This document shows, in pieces, positions 1 through 10,162 of a stretch of 64,000 bases of DNA. The position numbers and the translations under genes were made by a program. Where the stretch lies: positions 42,273-106,272 of the forward strand of contig CACYWW010000022.1 in assembly GCA_902778145.1 (NCBI GenBank), in the 5' to 3' direction. This stretch comes from an uncultured Ruminococcus sp. Its GTDB lineage: Bacteria > Bacillota > Clostridia > Oscillospirales > CAG-272. Every line of letters begins with the position of its first letter. Positions within the stretch are counted from its first letter, which is position 1. Below the pieces are notes generated by a model that did not search any database, was not told the DNA's origin, and saw nothing but the letters and a program-made list of their open reading frames with translations.

Positions 1-1752
1 GACGGCGTCCCTCAGATCATGAGAAAACCTCACGCCCTCTTCTTTTATTTCGCTTACCTGCGCTATATATCCGGCGCAGTCCCTGTCGCGCATCATCAGC
101 GCGTTATATGCTCTGTAAGCGTTCATCATTTCCGCGGAATACGGGTTGATGATCGCCGCGTCGAGTCCCTCATTCATGGCGAGTATGAAAAACGCCGAGT
201 TTATCACCTGTCTCTGCGGCAGCCCGAACGAAACGTTTGATACGCCGAGCATGGTTCTGCAGCCAAGCTCAGATCTTATCCGTCTCATCGCCTCAAGCGT
301 CACCGACGGAGCCGCGGGATCCGCGCTCACCGCCATTGTGAGCGTGTCGAATATGATCCGCTTCTTCGGTATACCGTATTCCTCCGCCCGGGAGAGAATA
401 TTTTTCGCGATCCTCACGCGTCCGTCCGCCGTCTCCGGTATGCCGTCCTCGTCAAGCGTGAGCGCGGCGAGGATGCCTCCGTACTTTTTCACGAGCGGGA
501 AGATCGCGTCCATGCTGTCGCGTCTGCCGTTCACGGAGTTTATGAGCGGCGCACCGTTGTAAATACGCAGAGCAGCTTCCATCGCGGAAGGCGATGAGGT
601 ATCTATCTGAAGCGGCAGATCCGTAACACGCTGAAGCTCGGGAACCACATGAGAAAGCAGCTCCGCCTCGTCGATCTGAGGGATGCCGACGTTCACGTCG
701 AGCACCTCCGCGCCTGCCTTTTCCTGGTTTATCCCCTCGCTCACAACGTATCCGATGTCATTTTCCGCAAGAGCCTGACGGAACCGTTTTTTGCCCGTCG
801 GATTTATGCGCTCGCCGATGATCACCGTCCGTTCTTCGAAGCGCACGGAAACGGATCCGGACGTAACGGCGGCGTAACCCTTATCCGTCAGAGGTACCGG
901 CCGATCTATGACGGCGGAAACGGCTTTTATATGCTCCGGCGTCGTCCCGCAGCATCCGCCCGTCACGCGCACGCCGCGCCTGATGAGCTCGGCAGAGGAA
1001 CGCGCGAACTCCTCCGGCCCGATCCGGTAAACGCCGTTCTCCGGAAGTCCGGCGTTCGGCTTGAAGATAACAGGGACGGAGGCGTATTCAAGATATCTGA
1101 GCACAGTCGGCGTAAGCTGTTCAGGTCCGGACGAGCAGTTGACTCCGACGCCGTCAGCTCCCATCCCCTCAAGCATCGGGATGACGCTCTCCGGCGTGCC
1201 TCCGGTCAGCAGTCTGCCGTTCTCACCGTAAGCGCAGCACACAAGAGTCGGCAGATCGCAGTTCTCCTTTGCCGCGAGGAGCGCCGCCTTCGCTTCATAT
1301 CCGTCCGTGAATGTCTCGATAAAGATAAGGTCTGCTCCGTACTCAGCGCCGAGACGCACCGTTTTCGCAAACGCTTCCACCGCTTCCTCAAACGTCATGT
1401 CCCCGTAAGGCTGAAGCATCCTGCCGGTCGGTCCCAGGTCGAGCGCTATGAATTTCGGCTGCGCTCCCGCGCTCAGCTCCCTCGCGCGCAAAGCGCAGTC
1501 AAGCGATGCGCGGACAATCCCGTCAAGCTCAGCCTCGCCGTACACCGAGCCGTTCGCGCCGAACGTGTTCGTACAAACGACGTTCGAGCCCGCGTCGAAA
1601 TAGCTCTTGTGCACGTCCGTCAGGATATCGGGATCCGACAGACTGTAAAGCTCCGTCCGCTTGTCGAGCAAAAGACCTCGCCGCTGAAGCTCAGTCGCCG
1701 TCGCCCCGTCGAGCAGGACGGTATTTTTTGAAAGAAAATCTCTGAATTTCAT
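1..1752 (-). CDS. metH: Methionine synthase (5-methyltetrahydrofolate--homocysteine S-methyltransferase), first 584 codons; C-terminus lies beyond the window start
   Basis: Absent from the ORF track because it runs off the edge. Own translation of the minus strand from ATG at 1750-1752: MKFRDFLSKNTVLLDGATATELQRRG...GVNCSSGPEQL...VTGGCCGTTPEHI (homocysteine-binding domain with Zn Cys motifs), then ERINPTGKKRF...LDVNVG...LGVSNVSFGLPQR (pterin-binding domain). The frame stays open to position 1. ATGA start/stop overlap with metF. Confidence 0.9.
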   Translation of the reverse strand, partial: MKFRDFLSKNTVLLDGATATELQRRGLLLDKRTELYSLSDPDILTDVHKSYFDAGSNVVCTNTFGANGSVYGEAELDGIVRASLDCALRARELSAGAQPKFIALDLGPTGRMLQPYGDMTFEEAVEAFAKTVRLGAEYGADLIFIETFTDGYEAKAALLAAKENCDLPTLVCCAYGENGRLLTGGTPESVIPMLEGMGADGVGVNCSSGPEQLTPTVLRYLEYASVPVIFKPNAGLPENGVYRIGPEEFARSSAELIRRGVRVTGGCCGTTPEHIKAVSAVIDRPVPLTDKGYAAVTSGSVSVRFEERTVIIGERINPTGKKRFRQALAENDIGYVVSEGINQEKAGAEVLDVNVGIPQIDEAELLSHVVPELQRVTDLPLQIDTSSPSAMEAALRIYNGAPLINSVNGRRDSMDAIFPLVKKYGGILAALTLDEDGIPETADGRVRIAKNILSRAEEYGIPKKRIIFDTLTMAVSADPAAPSVTLEAMRRIRSELGCRTMLGVSNVSFGLPQRQVINSAFFILAMNEGLDAAIINPYSAEMMNAYRAYNALMMRDRDCAGYIAQVSEIKEEGVRFSHDLRDAV

Positions 1753-2636
1753 TTTACCTTTTTTCCGATTATGGACGACAGAGCGCCGGTGATGCCGGCA
1801 GCCACAGCCGGCTTGTTCATTGAATAAACGTGTACGTGTCTGATCCCGTTCGCAAAGAGATCGATGATCTGATCCGTCGCGTACGCGATGCCCGCCTGAG
1901 TCATGGCTTCGGGATCGGAGCCGAACGCGTCGACCAGGCTTTTGAACCTCTGAGGCATGAACGATCCGGAAAGCTTTACGGCTCGTTCGACCTGATTGCC
2001 GTTCGTGATCGGCATTATTCCGGGAACCACGGGGACGGTTATCCCCGCTTCCCTGATCTTATACATAAAATTGTAGAAAAGGCTGTTGTCAAAAAACATC
2101 TGCGTCGTAAAAAAATCGCAGCCGGCGTCGGCCTTCTCCTTCAGATGCTTTATGTCCTCCTTCTGATCCGGGCTTTCCGGATGCGTCTCCGGGTAGCAGG
2201 CGCCGCCTATGCAAAGCCCCGGATCCGCCGACCTCAGCTCGGCTATGAGCTCCGTCGCGTGACTGTACGCCCAGAGGCTGCGGTCGGTACGCTCAAGCTC
2301 CGGCGTGAGATCTCCGCGGAGCGCCAGGATGTTTCCGATGCCGCGCCGCCGCAGCTCCGCGATCGCCTCTCCGAGGCTCTCCTTAGTTGACGAGACGCAC
2401 GTCAGATGGGCGAGGACCGGGAAGCCGTATTTTTTCTCCGTCTGATCGGCTATCCGCATCGTATATTCTCCGGTGCCGCCGCCGGCGCCGTATGTAACGC
2501 TCATATAAGCCGGCTTCAGTTCGGCTATCTGCTCCGTTGCGCGGACAACGCCGTCAAAATTCCCGTCCTTTTTCGGCGGGAACACTTCAAACGAGACGGA
2601 ATATTCCCTTCTCTCCAGTATTTCCGTGATTTTCAT
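1749..2636 (-). CDS. metF: 5,10-methylenetetrahydrofolate reductase
   Basis: 295-aa ORF. N-terminal SFEVFPPK motif, and MetF-like throughout (YMSVTYGAGGGT, LAHLTC, ALRGD). Directly upstream of metH. Confidence 0.93.
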   Translation of the reverse strand: MKITEILERREYSVSFEVFPPKKDGNFDGVVRATEQIAELKPAYMSVTYGAGGGTGEYTMRIADQTEKKYGFPVLAHLTCVSSTKESLGEAIAELRRRGIGNILALRGDLTPELERTDRSLWAYSHATELIAELRSADPGLCIGGACYPETHPESPDQKEDIKHLKEKADAGCDFFTTQMFFDNSLFYNFMYKIREAGITVPVVPGIMPITNGNQVERAVKLSGSFMPQRFKSLVDAFGSDPEAMTQAGIAYATDQIIDLFANGIRHVHVYSMNKPAVAAGITGALSSIIGKKVK

Positions 2637-2665
2637 AAGCGCCTCCGTTTCTTTTGCTATGTTTT

Positions 2666-2694
2666 TATAATATCACTTCTCCGTTTAAAATTCA
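2666..2694 (-). promoter_or_regulatory. Candidate sigma-A promoter for metF-metH (TTGAAT-17 nt-TATTAT on the minus strand)
   Basis: Hexamers read on the minus strand at 2689-2694 and 2666-2671 with exactly 17-nt spacing, about 30 nt upstream of the metF ATG. Confidence 0.4.
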
Positions 2695-2787
2695 AGTTAC
2701 ATTACGTTAATTTTAAAAATTCAAAATTGCCTGCAGTATTCCAAAACATTTGAGCGTTATAATATACGCGGAAAGGGGGGCGGTACG

Positions 2788-3693
2788 GTGAAAAAGCTGC
2801 TTTTCATATACAATCCGGGCTCAGGCCGCGGCAGGATTTCGAAGAATACTGAGAAGATCATCGGAATATTCAAAGAAGCCGGGTATGACGTGACGGTGCG
2901 GCGGACCGTCGCTCCGCTCGACTGCAGGGACTTCATCGCAGAACACGCGGGCGAATATTCGCATACCGTTGCCGCGGGCGGAGACGGCACGTTTCACGAG
3001 CTGATAAACGGTCTTGAAAGATCCGGCGCGGCTGTTCCCGTCGGATACATACCGTCGGGCACCTTCAACGATCTCGCCGCCTCGCTCGGCATACCGAAGG
3101 ATCCGGTAAAGGCGGCGCGCGTCGCCGTTTCAGGAAGCTATATGAACATAGACGCAGGATCCTTCAACGGCAGTCTCTTCTCATACGCCGCCGCGTTCGG
3201 TCTTTTTACCGAGACGGGATACGAGACGGGCGAGACTTTGAAAAAAGCTCTCGGACATATCGCCTACTATCTCAAGGTCGCCTCCGATATGCGCCCGTCG
3301 GTTTTCGAGGACTGCTCGCACAGGATCAGTATCGAAGCGGACGGCGATATATACGAGGGCGAGTTCATATACGGTCTTATCAGCAGCTCCTTACGCGTGG
3401 CGGGAGCCGTGAGCGTGCTTCCCCGGGACGCCTCTATGAAGGACGGACTTTTTGACTGTCTTTTCATAAAGACGCCGCGCACTCAGCGCGATATAACGCG
3501 GCTGCGCGATTCACTTATCAGCCGCCGGTTCGATCCGGAGATCTCCGTATCGCTGAAGGCACGGGAGCTGACGCTCGCCTTCGACCGTCCCGCAAAATGG
3601 ACGCTCGACGGCGAATACGGCGGCGTCACCGATCACGCACGGCTGGTCTGTTTGCCTTCCTCCGTCAGGATCGCGGTGCCCGCAAAAGAATAA
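2788..3693 (+). CDS. Diacylglycerol kinase-family lipid kinase (YegS/BmrU type)
   Basis: 301-aa ORF. N-terminal LFIYNPGSGRG and catalytic-domain AAGGDGTFHELINGL motif. GTG start preceded by GGGGGG. Confidence 0.8.
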   Translation: MKKLLFIYNPGSGRGRISKNTEKIIGIFKEAGYDVTVRRTVAPLDCRDFIAEHAGEYSHTVAAGGDGTFHELINGLERSGAAVPVGYIPSGTFNDLAASLGIPKDPVKAARVAVSGSYMNIDAGSFNGSLFSYAAAFGLFTETGYETGETLKKALGHIAYYLKVASDMRPSVFEDCSHRISIEADGDIYEGEFIYGLISSSLRVAGAVSVLPRDASMKDGLFDCLFIKTPRTQRDITRLRDSLISRRFDPEISVSLKARELTLAFDRPAKWTLDGEYGGVTDHARLVCLPSSVRIAVPAKE

Positions 3694-3727
3694 AACGGTC
3701 AGATCTGTTTCTGACCGTTTATTATTT
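3693..3727. terminator. Bidirectional hairpin between convergent genes
   Basis: aaacggtcag (3693-3702) pairs with ctgaccgttt (3711-3720), flanked by A/T runs. It spans the stop codons of the lipid kinase and the GRE activase. Confidence 0.45.
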
Positions 3728-4595
3728 CGCTCATTTTCGCGACTTCATCCGCGTCAGGCACCCATTCCGGTCTGCCGTTGTCCTCTCCGCCCAGAAATAC
3801 CGCCTTTGCGCCGGAGTACGCGTGGTACGGCAGAACGTCCGCCCCGTCAAAGCCGCGGAGACTCGCGGCTATGCGCGCGACCTCCCTGTAATGCTCCTCA
3901 CTGTCGTTTACTCCTTTCACCAGGATACAGCGAAGCCTGATCCGCGCGCCGAGCGAGTCCGCAAGCCTCAGATTTGACAGTATCCCCGCAAAGTCCGCGC
4001 CCGTGTACTCTTTCAGCCGTACGGAATCGGTGTCCTTGATATCCCATAAAAACAGATCCGTGAGCGGGACGATCTTTTCAAGATACCGCGGGTCGAAGGC
4101 TCCGCAGGTGTCCACAGCGGTATTGAAGCCCTCCGCGCGGCACGCCGCGAGCAGCGCCTTCAGCCCCTCCGGCTGTGCGAACGGCTCGCCGCCCGAGACC
4201 GTGACGCCTCCGCGTTCACCGTAGAACGCGGCGTCTTTTTTTATTTCGGAAACGATCCGGGAAACACTCATGGTCACGCCGCTTATCTGAAGCGCGGACG
4301 CGGGGCAGGCGTCGGCGCATTTGCCGCACGCCGTGCATCTGCTCCTGTCGAGCGTGTGTTTTTCGCCGAGCGAATGGACGCCCTCGGGACACACGAGGCA
4401 CCCGCCGCAGAACAGGCATTTTTTCTCATAGAACAGAAGCTGTCTTTTCGCGCTCTGCGTCTCCGGGTTGTGACACCACCGGCAGCGGAGCGGACAGCCC
4501 TTCAGAAAGACCGTCGTACGGACTCCCGGTCCGTCATGCATACAGAATCTCTGTATTTCAGTTACATTGAGCTCAGAATCCGCAGCCGCACTCAT
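3699..4595 (-). CDS. Glycyl-radical enzyme activating protein (radical SAM, with two extra ferredoxin-like Cys clusters)
   Basis: 298 aa. HDGPGVRTTVFLKGCPLRCRWCHNPE (radical SAM CX3CX2C), plus CLFCGGCLVCPEG and CTACGKCADACP clusters. Overlaps the end of the GRE gene by 23 nt. Confidence 0.92.
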   Translation of the reverse strand: MSAAADSELNVTEIQRFCMHDGPGVRTTVFLKGCPLRCRWCHNPETQSAKRQLLFYEKKCLFCGGCLVCPEGVHSLGEKHTLDRSRCTACGKCADACPASALQISGVTMSVSRIVSEIKKDAAFYGERGGVTVSGGEPFAQPEGLKALLAACRAEGFNTAVDTCGAFDPRYLEKIVPLTDLFLWDIKDTDSVRLKEYTGADFAGILSNLRLADSLGARIRLRCILVKGVNDSEEHYREVARIAASLRGFDGADVLPYHAYSGAKAVFLGGEDNGRPEWVPDADEVAKMSEIINGQKQI

Positions 4596-6696
4596 TTTGT
4601 CTTATCACCATATCCTGCCACTCACGGTTGAGTGTGACGAATCTCGCATTCCAGCCGGAGACCCGGACCGAAAGGTTCTGATAATCCTCCGGTTTCTCCT
4701 GTGCGGATCTGAGGATCGCGGCGTCAGCGACGTCCGGCTGCATGAAAAACCCGCCGAGCAGGACGAAGCCGCGCAGAAGCGACGCGAGCGCTTCAAGCCC
4801 CTCCTCTCCCGCCGTGCACGACGGCAGAAGCCTTATATCGAGCGCCGCTCCCACCGGGAGCTTTGAAAGCTCGTTTTTACAATACGAGCGTATCACCGCC
4901 GTTGCTCCGAGCGTGTCGGTGCCGGGCGTCGGCGACGCGTTCGCCGCGAGGACCTCCCCGCTCTTTCTGCCGTACGGACAGGCGAGCCTGTGCGGCGACC
5001 ATTCGAGCTGGCGTCCGAAGGTGCTGACGCCGCCCGGGAATTTATACCCCGATCTGCCGTCAAGACCGGCGCAGAGATCCGCGAAATCGGATAGGAATCT
5101 GCGGCAGATACCGTCCGCTTCATCGTTGTCGTTGCCGTAGTACGTGTATTTTCCGCTGACGTAACGGCGCAGAGCCTCCGCGCCCTCCCAGTTGTTCCGG
5201 AGTATTTCCATAAAATCGGCAAACCCGATCTTTTTTTCCTCAAACACAAGCTTTTTCAAAGCGTAAAGGCTGTTCACCGTATCGGCAAGACCGCCGACAT
5301 GCGGCGAGATTACGTTATACACGGGCCCGCCCTCAAGATAGGAAAGCCCCTTCTCAACGCATCCCTGCTCAAACAGCGATACGGCGGTACACGGCATACG
5401 TTCAGTCCACACCCACGGATCCTCCGACGAAAATCCCGCTCTTACCGAGGAAAGCAGCCCCTCGAGAAGCGCCTTCACGTCGTCGAGATACGCGCGGTAA
5501 AGCGATTCGAAATCGTCGAATACGGCGGTATAGTCCTTCAGCGTGTTATGCTGAAGGAGCTGCAGAAAATCATACGGGCAATATGTGAAATACGTTTTGC
5601 CGGGGATCTGCACCTCCCAGCATCCGTCGTTCGCGAACCTTCTCGCCTCCTCGGGCGCGTATCCGTAGTTTTCGAGCGACTTTATTATCAGATCCTCGTT
5701 GTAAACGGCGAGAACGCCGCCGCCGAGCCGCATCACCTCCGCGACGCGTCTTATCAGCTTTTCATCCGTGCTGCGGTTAAGCCTGACCGTCGTCGGGAAA
5801 TCGCTTATCCCGAATTCCTCTATAACGTCGAGGATGAGATACGTTACCGGGTTCGTGACATCTCTGCCCTGCTCGTCAACGCCCGAAATGACAAGGTTCT
5901 GATAATGCTGCGCGTCGCCCGAGCCGTAGTTTCCGCCGCGCACCCATTCGCATCCCTTGATGAAGAAATGGGCGATGATCTCACGTGCGCGATCGTTTGT
6001 GAGCGTGCCGTTCTCAATATCCCTCTCGTAATAAGGCTTCAGCATCTTATCGAGCCTGCCGATACCGGGCCAGTTTCCGCAGAGCCGTAAAAACGCAAAG
6101 CAGATCCAGACGCACTGCACCGCCTCGTGAAACGTGGCGGCGGGCTTGTGCGGCACTCGGAGGAGGTTTTTGCGGTTTTCCTCATATCCCTCCATACCGT
6201 CAAGCGCGTCAAGATATCTCTTATGCCATATATCGAAGCTGTCGAGCGTGTGAAGACAGCTTTCAAGAAACTCCTCACGGTCCGTGCCGCGGTGCTTTTC
6301 AAGCGATGAAAGAACGTCGTCTCTCACCCCGTCAAGTCCGCGAGTGAGCACCGTTTCAAAGTCGACCGTCAGATGACTTATACTCGGAAAAACGGCGCCT
6401 TCACCGTATTTCGCGGGAACGAGATGCGAGATCGCCGTGCCGAGAGTGGCGGCGCCGCTCAGAAGCTCGTTTTCGCATATGCGCAGCGGCGCATCCTCCG
6501 CTATTTTGCGGATCGCCGCGTCGTACCGCCCGGTCGGACTCATCTCACCGATCCCGAAAACGTCGGAAATATCGACGTACTGCGTCTCCCACGTCTGTTT
6601 CCCGTATTTGTGTCCGAGAGATTCCCACGCGAATAGTCTCGTCTCCTCACAGCACCTTACGGGTCTTTTTATTCCGTTCACTGACGCGAATTCCAT
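4573..6696 (-). CDS. Glycyl radical enzyme, PFL2-like, substrate unknown
   Basis: 707 aa. C-terminal glycyl radical motif LSVRVSGWNARFVTL. Thiyl loop FANDGCWEVQIPG (Cys with Glu at +2). An adjacent activase is present. An in-frame stop directly upstream fixes the maximal length. Confidence 0.9.
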   Translation of the reverse strand: MEFASVNGIKRPVRCCEETRLFAWESLGHKYGKQTWETQYVDISDVFGIGEMSPTGRYDAAIRKIAEDAPLRICENELLSGAATLGTAISHLVPAKYGEGAVFPSISHLTVDFETVLTRGLDGVRDDVLSSLEKHRGTDREEFLESCLHTLDSFDIWHKRYLDALDGMEGYEENRKNLLRVPHKPAATFHEAVQCVWICFAFLRLCGNWPGIGRLDKMLKPYYERDIENGTLTNDRAREIIAHFFIKGCEWVRGGNYGSGDAQHYQNLVISGVDEQGRDVTNPVTYLILDVIEEFGISDFPTTVRLNRSTDEKLIRRVAEVMRLGGGVLAVYNEDLIIKSLENYGYAPEEARRFANDGCWEVQIPGKTYFTYCPYDFLQLLQHNTLKDYTAVFDDFESLYRAYLDDVKALLEGLLSSVRAGFSSEDPWVWTERMPCTAVSLFEQGCVEKGLSYLEGGPVYNVISPHVGGLADTVNSLYALKKLVFEEKKIGFADFMEILRNNWEGAEALRRYVSGKYTYYGNDNDEADGICRRFLSDFADLCAGLDGRSGYKFPGGVSTFGRQLEWSPHRLACPYGRKSGEVLAANASPTPGTDTLGATAVIRSYCKNELSKLPVGAALDIRLLPSCTAGEEGLEALASLLRGFVLLGGFFMQPDVADAAILRSAQEKPEDYQNLSVRVSGWNARFVTLNREWQDMVIRQNECGCGF

Positions 6697-6700
6697 TGTG

Positions 6701-7156
6701 TCATTCTCCTTTGATCTTGTGATATATACGCGCGGCGAACCGCCTGAGATATCTGTACGGCGCGGTGACGGCGCACCGCAGGCCGTATCTTCCGCCCCAC
6801 GTCATAACGTACGCGCGGTAAGGGAACCCGCCGAGATCCACCTTTTTTCCGCGGCGCACGAGCCCGGTCATCACTCCGAGTATCTGTTTTTCGGCTACGT
6901 TTTCTTTGAAGTAATTGTTGTCGCCCGCGGCTGTATACCCGTTCTCCTTCACCTTCAGTATCCTGTGCAGGATATAGGTGCCGCCGGTCTTGTAAAACGC
7001 GACGTCGTATTTTTTCAGTCTTCCCGCGGGCGCCGATATGATCACGAGATCGCGCCCGGTCTTTATGAGCGGCCGCATGCTTCTGCCGCTCGTGCGCCAC
7101 ATCAGCTCTCCGTCTCTTTCAAGAAGAGCCTCAAAAGTTGTCGTTTCCGCGTTCAT
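6701..7156 (-). CDS. S24/S26-like (LexA/signal-peptidase fold) small protein with no obvious TM or HTH region
   Basis: 151 aa. SGRSMRPLI (Ser nucleophile motif GxSMxP) and ILHRILKV (candidate general base region). Gaps of 4 nt to the GRE gene and 1 nt to the upstream lipoprotein gene. Confidence 0.6.
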   Translation of the reverse strand: MNAETTTFEALLERDGELMWRTSGRSMRPLIKTGRDLVIISAPAGRLKKYDVAFYKTGGTYILHRILKVKENGYTAAGDNNYFKENVAEKQILGVMTGLVRRGKKVDLGGFPYRAYVMTWGGRYGLRCAVTAPYRYLRRFAARIYHKIKGE

Positions 7157-7157
7157 A

Positions 7158-10136
7158 TCAGTAAAGCGTTCTGTACAGCGTATCGAGGAGCTCCGTATCG
7201 GTCACCGCCTTGTCGGCTATGACCAGAAGCCCTTCCGCCGTCATAGTGGCGACCTTTCCGGAGGCCTTCACGGCTTCGTCGGCCTGAACGTATTCCACGC
7301 CGTAATGGTCGATCCTCGTAAGGCCGTCCGTCTTTACGCCGATGCTTTCGAGCACGTCCGCCGGCAGCCAGAATTTTTTGCCGGACGCGAGCAGAGTCGC
7401 CTTTGTACAGCCGGGAACAAGCATTTTCTCCGCTCCGCCGATATAAGCGTTATATCCGTTCGCCTTGAAAACCGCCATATCGGAGGTCAGTCCCTCGGGC
7501 GCCGGGTTCCCGGCGCTTTCCGTCGTATAGCGGTAGCTGAAGCGTCCGTCAGGCGCCGCGTCCCCCTTGTCCCAGAAGCCCATCACGTCGCCGTCGTCAA
7601 CGGAATTGTCAGCCCATTTGAAATCGACGGTTTTTTTATCGTATCCGATCAGTCCCGCGTCGACCCTGACCGTCATCGTATTTCCGGAGATAACGTAATC
7701 CGCCTCTCCCGCCTTTTCCGTGCTCCAGCCGTCCGTGAATTTTTCCACGGAAGCAGCCTTTCCGTCGCGGGCGCGGTTTATGACGAAGTCGAAGCCGTAC
7801 CAGCCGTTCTGACCGTCACCGTCTGAGTTGATGAACAGATTCATGAAGTTTGACCCGTCGCCGGTCTTTATATCTTCGGCGCATTCCGCAAAGAAATACA
7901 GATACTGTCCGTCATACGATACCTTCGCCGCGGTGATGTCGTTTTTGCCGGTGTCGTTTTCATATCTGAAGCCGCCGACGTGCGAGTTCGCGCTGCGTTT
8001 CGCCGTGTCACAGGCGACGTCGCGGAATTCCGGTCCCACGCCGTACCACTGAACGGGATCGCCGTCCATCGCGATGCTTCTTCCGCCGAATGATGCCTCG
8101 ACATTCCTTGAGCCCTTATAAGCTCTTGTGTTTATGACGGTCTGATAATAATAGTTGTCGCCGAAGCCGCCCTTCATCGGCTCAAGGTCACGGCTGTACT
8201 CCGGATTGAGGTTGTCAACGTAGTAATTATACTGTTTCTTTGTCTTGTCGTCTGATACGACATACGCTCCGGCTATCGTCTGACCTATCGCGGGCGCGCC
8301 TTCCCAGCGTCCCGCCCACCATTCGTTCCAGCCGGTGATCATGATAAGCTTCGGGTTGCTTTCTATCGCATGGTCGAACTGCTCCTGATACGCAAGACCG
8401 AGTCCGCTCGTCTGCGGATACAGCCCGAAGCCCATATTCCAGCTGCCCTCGGCAAGCTTTTTCGGTTCGCCTGTCTTTCTCGTATAGCTTCTGCCGGCGT
8501 TCGTGCCGTAGCTTCCGTTCACCCAGAAGCCGCACATTACGATCATCTGCTCAAGAGTTTTCACGCCGTCGACCGTCGTGAAGCCGCCCTTCTGCGGAGC
8601 CATCGTGCCCCACGCCCAGCAGTCGATGCCTTTTCTCTTTTTATACCAGTCATCGTTTTCGTTTGCCCAGGAAACGCGGACGGTGAAGAATTCCTTCTGT
8701 TCCTTTGAGAGCTTGTAGCTGTCTCCCGTGAACATTATCACGGGCCGTCCGTCCCATCTGAACCACATCTCGCTGTAAAGCCCCGAGCCGTACAGATTGT
8801 TCCAGAGCTCGGAAAGCTCGCGGCTGTTGCCGTTCTGCATGAGGAAGCAGACGTCGGGCGTTCTGAGCCCCTCTTTTCTCATCTGCGACCACACACGGAG
8901 CACCGCCTCATAGCATGGTCTGTAGAGCAGACCGTTCGTCGCGTCGAAGTATACGAAATCTATACCGGCCTCGGCAAGCATGGCGCCGTGCTTTCTTATG
9001 ACCCATTCGTCATCGGAGCGGTAGTATCCGAAATACGGCTCCGCCCAGTAGTGCGCGAATCCGAGATTGCCGGACGTCATCGTTTTCCAGAGCCCGTCCA
9101 TGCCGCCGCTTTCATAAGCCGCGGTATGATCGAAAAGCGGACCGTTGGAATCGTGCCAGAGAAAATAGAACATTCCGACCTTCGCGCCGTTCGGCTTCGC
9201 GGCGCCGGATACGACCGCGCGTCCCGCGTCGTCGAATGTCGTGTACGTATCGTAAAACACGTCGCGTGAGGCGGGCTGTATGCCGTCCTTTTCGGCGGGC
9301 TCCACCGTAGTTATCGAGACGGTCGCCGAAATATCGTCGGCATAGCCCGGGACGTGCGTATTGTGGTTCCAGAGGTAAACGTATCCGCCCGCGGGAAGAT
9401 CTGAGTCGACCTTATCCGAGACCGAAGGCTTTTCGGCGCCGGGACTGTACATCTCTATCTTCGCGCCGTCGATCGTTATCTTTGCGATCTCGCGTTTTTC
9501 CTCACCCGCGTATACCGTGACGACATTGTTCACCGGGTCGTCCGTCACGGTGATCTTCTCGCCGTTCACAAGATCCCAGTCCGCCTTCATATATCCGGTG
9601 TTCGGCCAGTCGTATCTGATCCCCACCTGATCCGAGCGCATGGCGATCCACAGGCCGTTGTGTCCGGTCGCGTCTTTTCCCGCGGCTGCAAGCCTCAGAC
9701 CGAAATAGCACGTGAACCAGGTGTGATCGTTCGAGGGAGACGGACTGCACAGGAAGAAGGAGTATTCGGATACGGAATCCTCCGGCGCCGGCTGAAGCGG
9801 ATAAATGCCGGAAACAGTGTCCTTCGGGAAAATGACCTTGCTCCCCTCTGCGCCCGCGCCCGAAAACAGTGCGAATTTATCAAGGGATCCGTTGCCTTCA
9901 AAGGTCACGGTCTGCGCGGTCTTTATTATCTTATCCTCCGTATCGTATTCCGGAAGGATCAGATCCGTTCCCGCTCTGAATACAAGCGCGGGCTCCGGGA
10001 CGTTTTCGTCTTCCGTAACGGAGCCTTCGTTCCCTGTCACAGAATCTGCCGCCGTCTCCGCGGTATCTCCCTTGCACGCGGCAAGTGATGACAGCAGAAA
10101 CAATGATGCGAGAACTGCCGATATGATCCTTTTCAT
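7158..10136 (-). CDS. Large secreted lipoprotein, putative glycoside-hydrolase-like (TIM-barrel, GH99/GHL-type motifs); family not determined
   Basis: 992 aa. Signal peptide with lipobox SLAAC. Central MFYFLWHDSNG and AHYWAEPYFGYYRSDDEWVIRKHGAMLAEAGIDFVYFDATNG motifs resemble GH-like TIM-barrel families. GGAGG RBS. Confidence 0.55.
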   Translation of the reverse strand: MKRIISAVLASLFLLSSLAACKGDTAETAADSVTGNEGSVTEDENVPEPALVFRAGTDLILPEYDTEDKIIKTAQTVTFEGNGSLDKFALFSGAGAEGSKVIFPKDTVSGIYPLQPAPEDSVSEYSFFLCSPSPSNDHTWFTCYFGLRLAAAGKDATGHNGLWIAMRSDQVGIRYDWPNTGYMKADWDLVNGEKITVTDDPVNNVVTVYAGEEKREIAKITIDGAKIEMYSPGAEKPSVSDKVDSDLPAGGYVYLWNHNTHVPGYADDISATVSITTVEPAEKDGIQPASRDVFYDTYTTFDDAGRAVVSGAAKPNGAKVGMFYFLWHDSNGPLFDHTAAYESGGMDGLWKTMTSGNLGFAHYWAEPYFGYYRSDDEWVIRKHGAMLAEAGIDFVYFDATNGLLYRPCYEAVLRVWSQMRKEGLRTPDVCFLMQNGNSRELSELWNNLYGSGLYSEMWFRWDGRPVIMFTGDSYKLSKEQKEFFTVRVSWANENDDWYKKRKGIDCWAWGTMAPQKGGFTTVDGVKTLEQMIVMCGFWVNGSYGTNAGRSYTRKTGEPKKLAEGSWNMGFGLYPQTSGLGLAYQEQFDHAIESNPKLIMITGWNEWWAGRWEGAPAIGQTIAGAYVVSDDKTKKQYNYYVDNLNPEYSRDLEPMKGGFGDNYYYQTVINTRAYKGSRNVEASFGGRSIAMDGDPVQWYGVGPEFRDVACDTAKRSANSHVGGFRYENDTGKNDITAAKVSYDGQYLYFFAECAEDIKTGDGSNFMNLFINSDGDGQNGWYGFDFVINRARDGKAASVEKFTDGWSTEKAGEADYVISGNTMTVRVDAGLIGYDKKTVDFKWADNSVDDGDVMGFWDKGDAAPDGRFSYRYTTESAGNPAPEGLTSDMAVFKANGYNAYIGGAEKMLVPGCTKATLLASGKKFWLPADVLESIGVKTDGLTRIDHYGVEYVQADEAVKASGKVATMTAEGLLVIADKAVTDTELLDTLYRTLY

Positions 10137-10162
10137 TTCGATCCTCCGTAAAGCGTTATATC

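Noticed and set aside
649-1731. 360-aa plus-strand ORF, plus the smaller ORFs at 19-562 and 1506-1745
   Set aside because: They are antisense to the metH frame that I translated by hand and that shows methionine synthase domains. The plus-strand product is an Arg-rich shadow ORF.
2637-2787. SAM or cobalamin riboswitch upstream of metF-metH
   Set aside because: The divergent intergenic region is about 150 nt, and the predicted metF leader is about 30 nt. That is too short, and it lacks the conserved riboswitch cores.
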